Assembly (NCBI GenBank): GCA_038841535.1
Contig: JAWBTQ010000004.1
Coordinates: forward strand, 38,271-102,270
Length of the DNA: 64,000 bases
Direction: 5' to 3'
Origin: Sulfolobales archaeon
Lineage (GTDB): Archaea > Thermoproteota > Thermoprotei_A > Sulfolobales > NBVN01
The notes beneath the pieces are model-generated. The model did not search any database and had not been told where the DNA came from. It saw nothing but the letters and a program-made list of their open reading frames with translations. Shown here piece by piece: positions 1 to 8,950 of this stretch; position 1 is the first letter of the stretch, and the number at the start of each line of letters is the position of its first letter. The position numbers and the translations under genes are program-made.

Positions 1-1
1 G

Positions 2-754
2 TTTGTCGAAATAGAGTCATTCGACGGTCTGAAGATACCGACGTACGTTCTCGAGTCGAGAGCCTCACAAAAGCCTGGACCTAGCGTAGTATATCCGCAC
101 GGAGGTCCGTGGTCCGAAGTAGCTAACTCCTGGACACCTATAGTAGCTGCTTTAGCTGCCTTAGGGTACCACGTAGTTGCTCCTAACTTTAGGGGCTCAA
201 CAGGATACGGCGAGAGGTTTAGATTGATGGATATAGGTGATCCAGGTGGTGCTGACATGGAGGATGTTGCAGCAGCTAGGAGATGGGCCGTAGAAAGCGG
301 GCTTAGTAAAGATGGTGATGTCTCGATAGTGGGCTACAGCTACGGCGGATATACTACACTCATGCAGTTAACTACTAGACCTAAGCTTTGGAAATGTGGT
401 GTTGCTGGTGCTCCAGTAGCTGACTGGGAGATGATGTATGAGCTGGCTGACAGGTACTTTAAGACTTTTCAGGAGGTTCTCTTCGCAGGTAGGAAGGAGT
501 TGTTCAAAGAGAGGTCCCCAACAACTTATGTAGAGAGCCTAGAATCCCCTCTATGCATAGTACAACCTCAAAACGACTCTAGAACACCGATACAGCCTGT
601 ATTAAACTTCGTTAACAAGCTTGTAACTCGTGGTAAGACCTTTGAGCTCCACGTCTTACCAGATATAGGACACACAGTATCATTAAGTAACGAAGCTCTA
701 GCTAAATTCCTAACATATGCGGCTATGTTCCTTACTCGATGCTATCCGAGCTAA
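2..754 (+). CDS. S9-family serine peptidase (prolyl oligopeptidase / acylaminoacyl-peptidase type), C-terminal catalytic domain; 5' end lies outside the window
   Basis: Frame 2 is open from the window edge (FVEIESFDGLKIPTYVLES...YPHGGPW...APNFRGSTGYG) into tracked ORF 224-754. Alpha/beta-hydrolase triad motifs are present: GYSYGG (Ser), QNDSRTP (Asp), DIGHT (His). Confidence 0.85.
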   Translation, partial: FVEIESFDGLKIPTYVLESRASQKPGPSVVYPHGGPWSEVANSWTPIVAALAALGYHVVAPNFRGSTGYGERFRLMDIGDPGGADMEDVAAARRWAVESGLSKDGDVSIVGYSYGGYTTLMQLTTRPKLWKCGVAGAPVADWEMMYELADRYFKTFQEVLFAGRKELFKERSPTTYVESLESPLCIVQPQNDSRTPIQPVLNFVNKLVTRGKTFELHVLPDIGHTVSLSNEALAKFLTYAAMFLTRCYPS

Positions 755-1032
755 CCTCTATACAAGAAAAGCTCTCGAACACTCATTAAGAAAACAACCT
801 CTACAGTCGCTCGCAAACTGTGGTTCTATTTTGACTTTACAGGTAAGCTAGCCTAAACGCTTTCTTGTTCTAGACTGGCTACCACTCCCACGTAAGCAGG
901 TGTTTTATTGTGAGGCAAGGGATTCATGCTCCGTGGGGGCGCGATTCAGCACTAAACATACTCTATGAAGAGAAAGAGAGTCAGAGCGAGGGGTGTTTTT
1001 ATTAGTAAGACTCGATTAGTATGGGTTATTAA

Positions 1033-1902
1033 ATGACCAGCTCAGACTCTCTCCAGGTAGTAGGTGTTGAAGTTGCTGTTCTGGTCGACGATTACTCTGG
1101 GTTTACGAAGTTCTTAGCAGAGCATGGATTTAGTGTGCTGGTTTCTGTACTGTATGGTGGCGAAAGAGTGTTTAGAGTTCTCGTGGATACTGGTAGCTCC
1201 GGAGGTGTTCTCCTCAAGAACGCTTCATCACTAGGGGTAAGCCTTGAGTCTGTAGACATAATTGTGTTATCTCACAGACACTATGACCACAGCGGAGGAT
1301 TGGCTAAGCTAGTAAAGGCTGTAGGCAGTAAACCTGTAGTGGCTCACCCCGACGTACTCAAGCCTTGCTATAGCAAGTCTCACGGGTTCACTAGGTTTGA
1401 TGTAGGTCTACCTCCTGCGGTCAGAAGATCTCTTCAAAGGCTTGAGTTAGTGCTAGCTAAAGAGCCTCTAGAACTAGCGCCGGGTGTTTGGTTTTTGGGT
1501 GAAGTAGATAGGTATTACGACAATAAGTACGCTATAAAAAACTTTAAAACCATATCTGGTGGTGTTATAGTGGATGAGCCGCTTCTAGACGACACAGCTG
1601 TAGTAGTCAGCTTAGGTGAGAGAGTTATAGTAGTCGCAGGTTGCTCCCATTCTGGAGTAGCTAATATTGTTAAGCAAGCAAGAAGGTTAACAGGTGCTAA
1701 GGAGGTAGTAGTCCTAGGAGGCTTCCACTTAGCGAATGCTGACCCCGAGACCATAGCTAAAGTTGTAGAAGAGCTAGTTTACGAGGGTGTTGTCAACGTG
1801 TACGCAGGGCACTGTACTGGATTGAGAGGAGAGGCAAAGCTCTTGGAGAGATTTGGCGATAAAATGACTAAGATACACGCAGGCTATAGGTTAAGAGTCT
1901 AG
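1033..1902 (+). CDS. MBL-fold metallo-hydrolase (COG1237-like beta-lactamase superfamily II)
   Basis: HxHxDH metal motif SHRHYDHSGG, later GCSHSG and GHCTG; ATG start; 289 aa. Confidence 0.8.
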   Translation: MTSSDSLQVVGVEVAVLVDDYSGFTKFLAEHGFSVLVSVLYGGERVFRVLVDTGSSGGVLLKNASSLGVSLESVDIIVLSHRHYDHSGGLAKLVKAVGSKPVVAHPDVLKPCYSKSHGFTRFDVGLPPAVRRSLQRLELVLAKEPLELAPGVWFLGEVDRYYDNKYAIKNFKTISGGVIVDEPLLDDTAVVVSLGERVIVVAGCSHSGVANIVKQARRLTGAKEVVVLGGFHLANADPETIAKVVEELVYEGVVNVYAGHCTGLRGEAKLLERFGDKMTKIHAGYRLRV

Positions 1903-1936
1903 TTGTGCCTGGAAGCTCCAGCTTTACTAGGATGAG

Positions 1937-2497
1937 CTAGTCTAAGAGTATCAAGGGGTCTCCAACATTTACGAAGTCTCCAGGTCTTACTCTCACTTCT
2001 TTTACTTTACCGCTCTTATCGCTAAAGATTTCTACCTCCATCTTCATCGACTCTAATGTAGCGACGAGCTTTCCGGGATTTACGGGATCCCCCGGATTAA
2101 CCAAGACTTTCAGAACCTTACCCGGAATCGGGGAAGCTATAGCAGCACCGCCCGTAGCAGCTACTGGAGCCGTAGGTGCAGCTGTTGGAACTGCTGCCTT
2201 CAGCGTTATTCCAGCATCGGCTTCAGGCTTCTTGCTGCCTTCACCAGATGGAGGCTTGGTCTCAGTAGAGGAGGTCTTAAGTTCTGTAGGGCTAGTGGCA
2301 CTCGTATTATGTTGAGGTCTTGCGGCAACCTGCCCGCTCTCTACGAACACGTCGAGCTCTGTGTCCTCTACTAGTACTCTAAATCTACCCTCTCCAATAG
2401 GTTTAACGAGCACGTTGTAGGTTCTGTCTTTAACCCTCACTACATAGCCGTACGGATACTCGCTCATTAGCTTCCGCCGTAAGTAACTATCAATCAT
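1937..2497 (-). CDS. Biotin carboxyl carrier protein-like (biotinyl/lipoyl attachment domain protein)
   Basis: C-terminal biotinyl domain with LESMKMEVEI (MKM biotinylation motif), preceded by the Pro/Ala-rich linker PTAAPTAPVAATGG. An alternative start at the internal Met (MSEYPYG, about 2467) is possible. Confidence 0.8.
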   Translation of the reverse strand: MIDSYLRRKLMSEYPYGYVVRVKDRTYNVLVKPIGEGRFRVLVEDTELDVFVESGQVAARPQHNTSATSPTELKTSSTETKPPSGEGSKKPEADAGITLKAAVPTAAPTAPVAATGGAAIASPIPGKVLKVLVNPGDPVNPGKLVATLESMKMEVEIFSDKSGKVKEVRVRPGDFVNVGDPLILLD

Positions 2498-2646
2498 AGC
2501 TTTTAAGTTTTGAAGAGAGCAAAGGAGCGGCTATTTGGTTGCTGGTTGAACCAGGATAGGTGTAATAAAGTTTTCGTGAAGTATTCAGTTTCGGTTACTA
2601 GATCTGAAACTCCACAGTACTCTTAATACACAAATCAATAACTCGT

Positions 2647-4242
2647 TTGGGAATGAAGTTGAGGATAGCTGTAGTAGATTGTCTTGCTACTAGTCCAACT
2701 GGTAAAAGAGTTTCTAGTGTTGACGTAATAGGGGCTGGTCCAAGGCTTGTAGTCGGTATTTTAAAGAAGCTCGGCGTAGATGTCTACCTATTCGAGTGTA
2801 ATACTGCTTTAAAAGGTCCTATAGGTAGTCGGCAGGACTTTGACGCATTAATGGTTTCCGGAATGTCGGCAGATGTGGCCACTATGGGGATGGTCTTAAA
2901 GAAGTGGAAACACGTAGAATGGTCTATCGCTGGAGGTCCAGCTTGCGTTGATTACGAAGACCTTTTGAGGTTGGGGTTTAATGCCGTCGTCTGGGGTGAG
3001 GCAGAGATATCGCTTCCAAGCTTAGTTAAGGCCTTGAGAGCTGGTGACCTACGCGATGTTCCAAATCTGATATTTAGTGAAGAAGGCGGTAATATAGTTT
3101 CCAAAATAGTTGAGGATTACGCTCGGGAACCTCTTCTCTGGTCTTTTACTCCCGACGTAGAGTCTGTAAAGAACTATAAGTACTATTGGGCGTGTAGAGT
3201 CTATGTAGAGACAGTTAGAGGCTGCAGTAACTTCTACAGAACGACTTTACCAGTATTGTTACAAAACAAGACGGTTAAGTGTGAACACTGTGACATTTGT
3301 AGAACCAGCAACTTAGAGGAAAGATTGTCATGCCCTCTAGGGATCCCACCAGGCTGCGGCTACTGCCTAGTTCCGAGACTACACGGTCCGGCAAGGTCTA
3401 GACCTGTAAACCAGATCGTGAAGGAGATCGAGGACCTTGTTGAACTCGGCGTCGTAAGGGTAGTGTTGAGTGCTCCCGACATATTAGACTACGGTCGGGA
3501 CTGGCTTGTGAGACCTAAGCCGCTCACGGACCCTAGGTACCCTCCTGCCAACATAGACGCCCTCGAACAGCTCTTGAGCGCTATATCCTCTATACCCGAA
3601 ATAGAAAAAGGGAGGGCATACTTGATGGCTGAGAATGTGAAGCCGAACTTAGTTACAGAAGAAGTAGCAAAAGTGTTAGGAAGATACTTGCGGGGAAGTA
3701 CCATAAACATAGGCTTAGAGACGGGAGACTGGGAGCACCACAAACAACTGGGGAGACCGTCTACTATTGAAGAAGTCTTAAGGGCTGTTAAGCTATTGAG
3801 AGATTCAGGCCTCGTACCCTACGTGTACGCTATTTACGGGCTGCCCGGGGAGAGTTGGAGAACAATCAGGAAAACTATAAAGGTTTTGAAGAAGGCTACT
3901 AAGCTTGGTGCTGAGAGAGTAATTCTATACAGGTTCAGACCCCTTAAGGCCTCAGCTTTAGGAGGCTATCCTCCTCCACGCACTGATCCCAAGGGAAGGG
4001 CCCTCAAAAACTTCGTGAACACACTAGAGATCTCGGCTAAGAAGAAACTCTTGGGGAAGAGCCTCAAAGTCGCAGTCGTAGATATCAGCGGAAAAGATGC
4101 CTACATTGGCTACACCTTACCCCACGGCCCTGTTGCTATAGTCAAAAGCCGTGAAGACCTGCGCGGCAAGGTTGTCGAAGTGTTAGTTCAAAAAGTTAGA
4201 AGAAGAGAGGTGGAGTGCGTTCCTAAAACAGTTGGTGTTTAG
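2647..4242 (+). CDS. Radical SAM protein with flavodoxin/B12-binding-like N-domain and TRAM-like C-terminal domain
   Basis: The context VETVRGC...GCGYCLVPRLHGPARSRPVNQIVKEIEDL is typical of COG1032/MiaB-like radical SAM cores, followed by GLETGD. The C-terminal beta-rich segment (LKVAVVDISGKDAYIGYTLPHGPVAIV..VEVLVQKV) resembles TRAM. The Cys motif is interrupted (see findings). Confidence 0.7.
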   Translation: MGMKLRIAVVDCLATSPTGKRVSSVDVIGAGPRLVVGILKKLGVDVYLFECNTALKGPIGSRQDFDALMVSGMSADVATMGMVLKKWKHVEWSIAGGPACVDYEDLLRLGFNAVVWGEAEISLPSLVKALRAGDLRDVPNLIFSEEGGNIVSKIVEDYAREPLLWSFTPDVESVKNYKYYWACRVYVETVRGCSNFYRTTLPVLLQNKTVKCEHCDICRTSNLEERLSCPLGIPPGCGYCLVPRLHGPARSRPVNQIVKEIEDLVELGVVRVVLSAPDILDYGRDWLVRPKPLTDPRYPPANIDALEQLLSAISSIPEIEKGRAYLMAENVKPNLVTEEVAKVLGRYLRGSTINIGLETGDWEHHKQLGRPSTIEEVLRAVKLLRDSGLVPYVYAIYGLPGESWRTIRKTIKVLKKATKLGAERVILYRFRPLKASALGGYPPPRTDPKGRALKNFVNTLEISAKKKLLGKSLKVAVVDISGKDAYIGYTLPHGPVAIVKSREDLRGKVVEVLVQKVRRREVECVPKTVGV

Positions 4243-4682
4243 CTGACTATGCACTACAACTATATAAACTAACTGGAGCTAGGACTTAAGTATAACAACT
4301 GGGAGTCTATGAGGGTATCCGACAGCCTGTTTAGTGCCATAGGTCGCTGTAGGTTGGCTTATGTGAGTCACGCATTGGCTCTGGGGTTCACAGTAGAGTA
4401 CTAGCTATATCATAGTGGAGTAGTGGCACCAATCGAGCTCAGCAACTATGGGCAGCTCTAAAGTGAGAAAAGGGTTCCTGGGTGTCCCAGGAATACCGCT
4501 ATACATAAAGCTCTTGAATAAGCCACCTTCCAGGCGAAAGGAAAAGAGTCTTCAGAGCAGAAGGATAGTGTCTTAACGCATATCTGCCTCCTTAAATGCG
4601 ATATTTCGACAGTAGCTTACTCTCTTAAGCGAGTGATAACTAAGTTTTAACATATTAACTCACTTGCGAACTACCTAAGTGA

Positions 4683-4733
4683 GTGATGAAGCCGCTCCAA
4701 GAGCAGATCTGTGACGACCTCGCGACGATCTGA
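4683..4733 (+). ncRNA. Candidate C/D box sRNA
   Basis: GTGATGA (C box) - 14 nt - CAGA (D'-like) - TCT - GTGACGA (C'-like) - 12 nt - CTGA (D box), 51 nt in total. It lies in a 1-kb convergent intergenic region. No target was checked. Confidence 0.35.
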
Positions 4734-5136
4734 AAATAACTAACCGGTAACTTCCCGCTGTTTTATTACCCATATCTATTTTAGCCGATTTTTGTTTTCC
4801 TTTATCGTCCTAGGTAGTTCGAGAACAGTTTCGAGTCCAGGACAACGAGTTCTACTTAAGAAATTGTGACCGGTAGAGATAAGTAAGTGGCGTGTACTGG
4901 TAGGACAAAGTCGAACAATTCCGGAAGCAACGCCTTCGTCATACATTCAATATACACGAAAGCCTTGTAGAATTGTTTCTGGTTTGTAGTGATTGATGCT
5001 ACTCTCGGTAATGCGTTAGAGGCACCTATAAACGTCTCTCTATAAAATGAAGCCTCTTGATGAGCGTGCAAGAGCTCGTAGGGGAGCTGAGAATCGGGCT
5101 CCCCCGAGAGCAGCCACTGAAGTCGGTCACACAAAA

Positions 5137-5255
5137 TGTGGGGTGCTAGGGGTCGCCCCGAACGCTCCCGAGCCCGATGAGAACCCGAGCGGGATGCGGG
5201 GGAAGAGGATGAGGAGATGAAACAACAAATACGAACCTATATCAGAGCTGAACCC
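5137..5255 (+). repeat. Intergenic repeat element, copy A (~118 nt)
   Basis: By-eye alignment suggests roughly two-thirds identity to 24524-24645, e.g. GAACGCTCCCGAGCCCGATGAG vs AAACGTTCCCGAGTTCGATGAA and GATGAAACAAC vs GATGAAATCAAC, with AGCTGAACC shared at the 3' end. The termini GGGGT/ACCCC are complementary. Confidence 0.65.
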
Positions 5256-6350
5256 CTATAAAACTACCTCTCCCTCATTCCAAACGCTTTCACTTATCTC
5301 TTTATATGGTAAGATATAATTGCGCTTGTTTATGAACACCTCATCGGCTATGCTCACTTGATCTCCTATTATCGTTCCACTCTCTATTCTAACCCAATTA
5401 CCTATTGAGCAGCTTTCTCCGACTACGGAGTTCTTTATATACGTAGAAAAGCCTATTTTACTACCCTTCATTACGACAGAGCCCCTAACCATAGAAAAGT
5501 CGCCAACTGATACTTGGTCAAGCAAAACGGTGTTTGGTCCTATGATGCTACCTTTACCTACAATAACCTCGTTACCTATGTATGCTGGCCCCACAACTTC
5601 CCCTCGAATATCCGAAGCTCTCGATATGAACCCGCTTGGATAGAGAGTATTGAGTGCGACAATGTTAGCTTTAAGGTAGTCTTCAGGGATGCCTATGTCA
5701 AACCATATTCCCTCGTGAATATACGCATAGACTCTCCCGACCTTCAGCACTTTAGGCATGAGGTCTACGGAGATCTTCTGCTTTTTACCATCATCGACGT
5801 ACTTAAGAATCTCGGGTTCAAATACGTACACACCAGCATTAGCGAGGTTTGACTGAGGTCTATATGTAGGCTTCTCAACGAAGTTTACTACTCTACCTTC
5901 TCCATTGACACTAAGAATTCCGTATCTCTCCGGGCTATCTACTCGCACAGCAGTTAAGGTCATTAAGGCATTCTTGATTTTGTGAAGCTCTACCACCATG
6001 CGCACGTCGACATCCGAAAACACGTCTCCGTAGAGTACGAGAAAGGTCTCACTCAACCCTATCTTTTTGTCTACGAGCTTCAGGGGCCCAGCGTCACCGA
6101 GCGGGTGCTCTTCCTCTACGTACTCTATAGCCACACCTAACTCACCCCCATCTCCCAGGAGGTCAACTATCTGGTTAGACATGTACTTAACGGATATTAT
6201 TAGCTCACGCACACCAGCTTTCTTAAGGCTGTCGATAAGCCAGAGGATTAGAGGTCGTCCGAGGATGGGTAGGAGAGGTTTAGGTCTAGTAAGGGTTAGT
6301 GGCCTCAATCTGGTAGCATAACCACCTGCGAGTAATACGGCCTTCATCAC
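5256..6350 (-). CDS. Sugar-1-phosphate nucleotidyltransferase with C-terminal left-handed beta-helix (hexapeptide repeat) domain
   Basis: N-terminal LLAGGYATRLRPLTLTRPKPLLPI (GGxGTRL-type NTP-transferase signature). The C-terminal part has I/V-G-x repeats (IGNEVIVGKGSIIGPNTVLLD...). Confidence 0.85.
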   Translation of the reverse strand: MMKAVLLAGGYATRLRPLTLTRPKPLLPILGRPLILWLIDSLKKAGVRELIISVKYMSNQIVDLLGDGGELGVAIEYVEEEHPLGDAGPLKLVDKKIGLSETFLVLYGDVFSDVDVRMVVELHKIKNALMTLTAVRVDSPERYGILSVNGEGRVVNFVEKPTYRPQSNLANAGVYVFEPEILKYVDDGKKQKISVDLMPKVLKVGRVYAYIHEGIWFDIGIPEDYLKANIVALNTLYPSGFISRASDIRGEVVGPAYIGNEVIVGKGSIIGPNTVLLDQVSVGDFSMVRGSVVMKGSKIGFSTYIKNSVVGESCSIGNWVRIESGTIIGDQVSIADEVFINKRNYILPYKEISESVWNEGEVVL

Positions 6351-6513
6351 ACCCCCATCTCCAGTACTAGAATATTGTAAATAAGTTTACTCTCCCTATT
6401 TAAGTATACATGCTACTACGAACACTATTGGTAGATTAGTAATACTTTAAGACAAACTTAAGTAGTTAATATTTAAATACTGGTAAAACTCAATAGTATG
6501 TAGGTGTCTCTAA

Positions 6514-6756
6514 GTGAAACCTAAAGAGACACTTGGAGTTATTATTAGTGTGATAGCCATCATCTTAATTCTATACGAGTTGCTGTACGTTAACCTAATG
6601 GCAGGCTCTATAGGCGTAAAGGGGGCTATAACGAATGACGCTATTCTCATATCGTTAGGCTTTCTACTTATCCTAATAGGTCCCTGGCTGTGGCTCGGAG
6701 AAGTACCAGTTGCTGTGAAAAAGCTTATTGAGGCAAAAACCGGTAGAAAGCTCTGA
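6514..6756 (+). CDS. Small membrane protein (two predicted TM helices), hypothetical
   Basis: 80-aa hydrophobic ORF directly upstream of the cstA frame and overlapping it by 29 nt; no recognisable family. Confidence 0.4.
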   Translation: MKPKETLGVIISVIAIILILYELLYVNLMAGSIGVKGAITNDAILISLGFLLILIGPWLWLGEVPVAVKKLIEAKTGRKL

Positions 6757-8575
6757 GGTGGGATGCGTGTACCCCATTCTAATACTATTAGTCGTCTTAT
6801 TGATATATGGAGTAGCCTACGTGCTTTACGGAAAGAACCTCCTTGAGAGAAGGATCGTTAAGGCCGACCCAAGCAGACTGACACCGGCGTATGAGAAATT
6901 CGATGGAGTAGATTACGTTCCAGCAAATAAGTACGTGCTCTACGGTCACCACTTTGCTTCCATCGCTGGAGCTGGACCTATAGTAGGACCCGCAACCGCG
7001 CTTGCCTGGGGCTGGTTCCTCCCGCTGCTATGGGTTCTCTTCGGAAACATCTTCATTGGGGCAGTTCACGACTACACGGCACTAATGGCTAGCGTTAGAC
7101 ACGGCGGTATATCCATAATGACCATCTCGGAAAACGTTATGGGTAGGAAAGCTAGGTACATCTTCCTAGCATACGTGTGGTTTGCTCTAATACTGGTTCT
7201 CGCAGCATTCCTTAGTGTGGCATCAGCTACCTATGTTGATGTGCCTACAGCAGCTACTTTGGCGATAATATACATGCCCATAGCCCTACTCTTCGGCATA
7301 CTAGTGTATAAAGTAGGTATCAACGTAAAATACGCCACGGTAATAGCTCTTGCTTTAGTTGTAGCTGGTATAGCTTACTCCTTTTACGCACCTACACACT
7401 TAACATACGAAGGTTGGGTTGTCGTACTAGCCCTCTATTCCATAATCGCCGCGGCTTTACCTGTATGGTACTTGCTCCAACCTAGAGACTACTTAAACGC
7501 TTACTTGCTCTGGTCTTTCGTAATACTAGCTATTATAGCTCCTCTGCTACTTCCAGTTATTAGGTTTACCGGTCCTCCAATAGTGAGCTTCGTAGCTAAG
7601 GGAGGAGTTATAGGGGCGCCAACAGGAACACCACCATCTGGAGCATATATAGCGTGGTTCTGGCCTACAGTACCGCTAACCATAGCATGCGGCGCTCTAT
7701 CGGGGTTCCACTCAGTTGTTGGCTCTGGAACCACATCAAAGCAGCTTTCCAACGAGCTCGATGCGTTGCTAGTAGGATACGGTGGCATGCTAACCGAGGG
7801 AGCTGTCTCATCACTAGCAGTAATACTCCCAGCTGCCTTAGTGTGGGATTTCGCTGCTGTAGCACAAAGTGCCGGCTTATCGGCAAACTTACTGCTTAAG
7901 GCAGGTTTAAACCTAACCGCTACACCTAACATACTAAGTTTTACTGGAGCAGCTAGGTTCTACACAGCTTACGGGTTCGCTCAAGCTCTCGCCTGGTCGA
8001 GACTCATGGGTGTGGAGCTATTCCCACAGCTATTCATAGGGTTTAGAACGTTCGCGGCGTGGGCACTAACGTCGTTTGTTCTAACGACGCTAGATACATC
8101 AAATAGGTTAGCTAGGTTTGCGTGGGTAGAGATGTTCGACTGGCTTAAGGTGAGCAGTCCAACTACCTACCGGATCCTGGCGAACAGGTGGGTTGCAGCG
8201 ATCATTCCAGTCATCCTCGGAGCCGTAATGGCCTACCCGACGATCCCGGGTATTGGTAGAGCGTACCTAGTCTTGTGGCCTGCGTTCGCCGGAACTAACC
8301 AGTTACTGGCAGCACTAGCTCTACTCACATCCACGTTATGGGTCTACGCAGTACTAAAGGTGAGGGGAGCGCCAAGCCTCTTGATGCTACTGCCCGCAAT
8401 GTTCCTGTGGGTCACAGTTACGCTAGCCCTCATAATCTGGCTCGTCCTCATAGTGCCGTACCTACCGTTACTATACATACTCGGTACTGGAGTAATCGTA
8501 GCTGTATCTGTAGGACTAGACTTTCTCTTAATAGCCCTCTTTGTTAGAGGACTGATGGCCGCGAGGAGCATGTAA
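6728..8575 (+). CDS. cstA: Carbon starvation protein A family transporter (peptide/pyruvate uptake)
   Basis: Polytopic 615-aa protein with CstA hallmarks (YGHHFASIAGAGPIVGP, GAVHDY, GFHSVVGSGTTSKQL). The start is uncertain: TTG at 6728 or GTG near 6758. Confidence 0.9.
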   Translation: MRQKPVESSEVGCVYPILILLVVLLIYGVAYVLYGKNLLERRIVKADPSRLTPAYEKFDGVDYVPANKYVLYGHHFASIAGAGPIVGPATALAWGWFLPLLWVLFGNIFIGAVHDYTALMASVRHGGISIMTISENVMGRKARYIFLAYVWFALILVLAAFLSVASATYVDVPTAATLAIIYMPIALLFGILVYKVGINVKYATVIALALVVAGIAYSFYAPTHLTYEGWVVVLALYSIIAAALPVWYLLQPRDYLNAYLLWSFVILAIIAPLLLPVIRFTGPPIVSFVAKGGVIGAPTGTPPSGAYIAWFWPTVPLTIACGALSGFHSVVGSGTTSKQLSNELDALLVGYGGMLTEGAVSSLAVILPAALVWDFAAVAQSAGLSANLLLKAGLNLTATPNILSFTGAARFYTAYGFAQALAWSRLMGVELFPQLFIGFRTFAAWALTSFVLTTLDTSNRLARFAWVEMFDWLKVSSPTTYRILANRWVAAIIPVILGAVMAYPTIPGIGRAYLVLWPAFAGTNQLLAALALLTSTLWVYAVLKVRGAPSLLMLLPAMFLWVTVTLALIIWLVLIVPYLPLLYILGTGVIVAVSVGLDFLLIALFVRGLMAARSM

Positions 8576-8656
8576 TCTTAAACCTTTTTGCTTTCTTAGT
8601 AATTCACAAATTCTTTTAAGCTTTCGTTCAGCAATATTTTAGGAGATGTCTTAATA

Positions 8657-8950
8657 ATGTCGGACACTGTGAGAAAAGCAGTTACCGAGTTAGTGAAGTT
8701 CATTAAGGGCGTTAGACAGGCTCTAGTAGAAGGGAGTGTGAGTGCTCTTGAAGAAGAGTTCATTGAGCTAGAGAGTGCCTACCTCTTACTAGTTTTAGGG
8801 CCTCTCGTCGGTGTAAAGACTATTACCCCACTACTTAGTCTAGAGCTACTTGAGCCACTATCTGCGGAGTTAAGAATACTAGAGAGTAGGGCGTTTAAAG
8901 GCGAAGACGTCTTAGCTGATTTAATGGCAGCACTTGGAGGAGAGTGGTGA
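8657..8950 (+). CDS. Hypothetical acidic, Leu-rich helical protein (first gene of the ArsA-like operon)
   Basis: 97-aa ORF; its stop overlaps the start of the next gene (8944). No known motif. Confidence 0.45.
   Translation: MSDTVRKAVTELVKFIKGVRQALVEGSVSALEEEFIELESAYLLLVLGPLVGVKTITPLLSLELLEPLSAELRILESRAFKGEDVLADLMAALGGEW

Noticed and set aside
4856-5134. 92-aa ORF in the 1-kb convergent spacer.
   Set aside because: It has no motif and no obvious promoter or SD, and it sits next to a repeat copy. I kept it only as a possible gene relic inside the spacer finding.
7501-7932. Antisense and alternative-frame ORFs inside cstA (7501-7932, 7654-7899, 7665-7886, 8338-8547, 8344-8571).
   Set aside because: They lie entirely within a confidently identified CstA gene. 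Their composition is low-complexity (Ser/Ala/Pro/Arg-rich), typical of shadow ORFs, and they carry no motifs.
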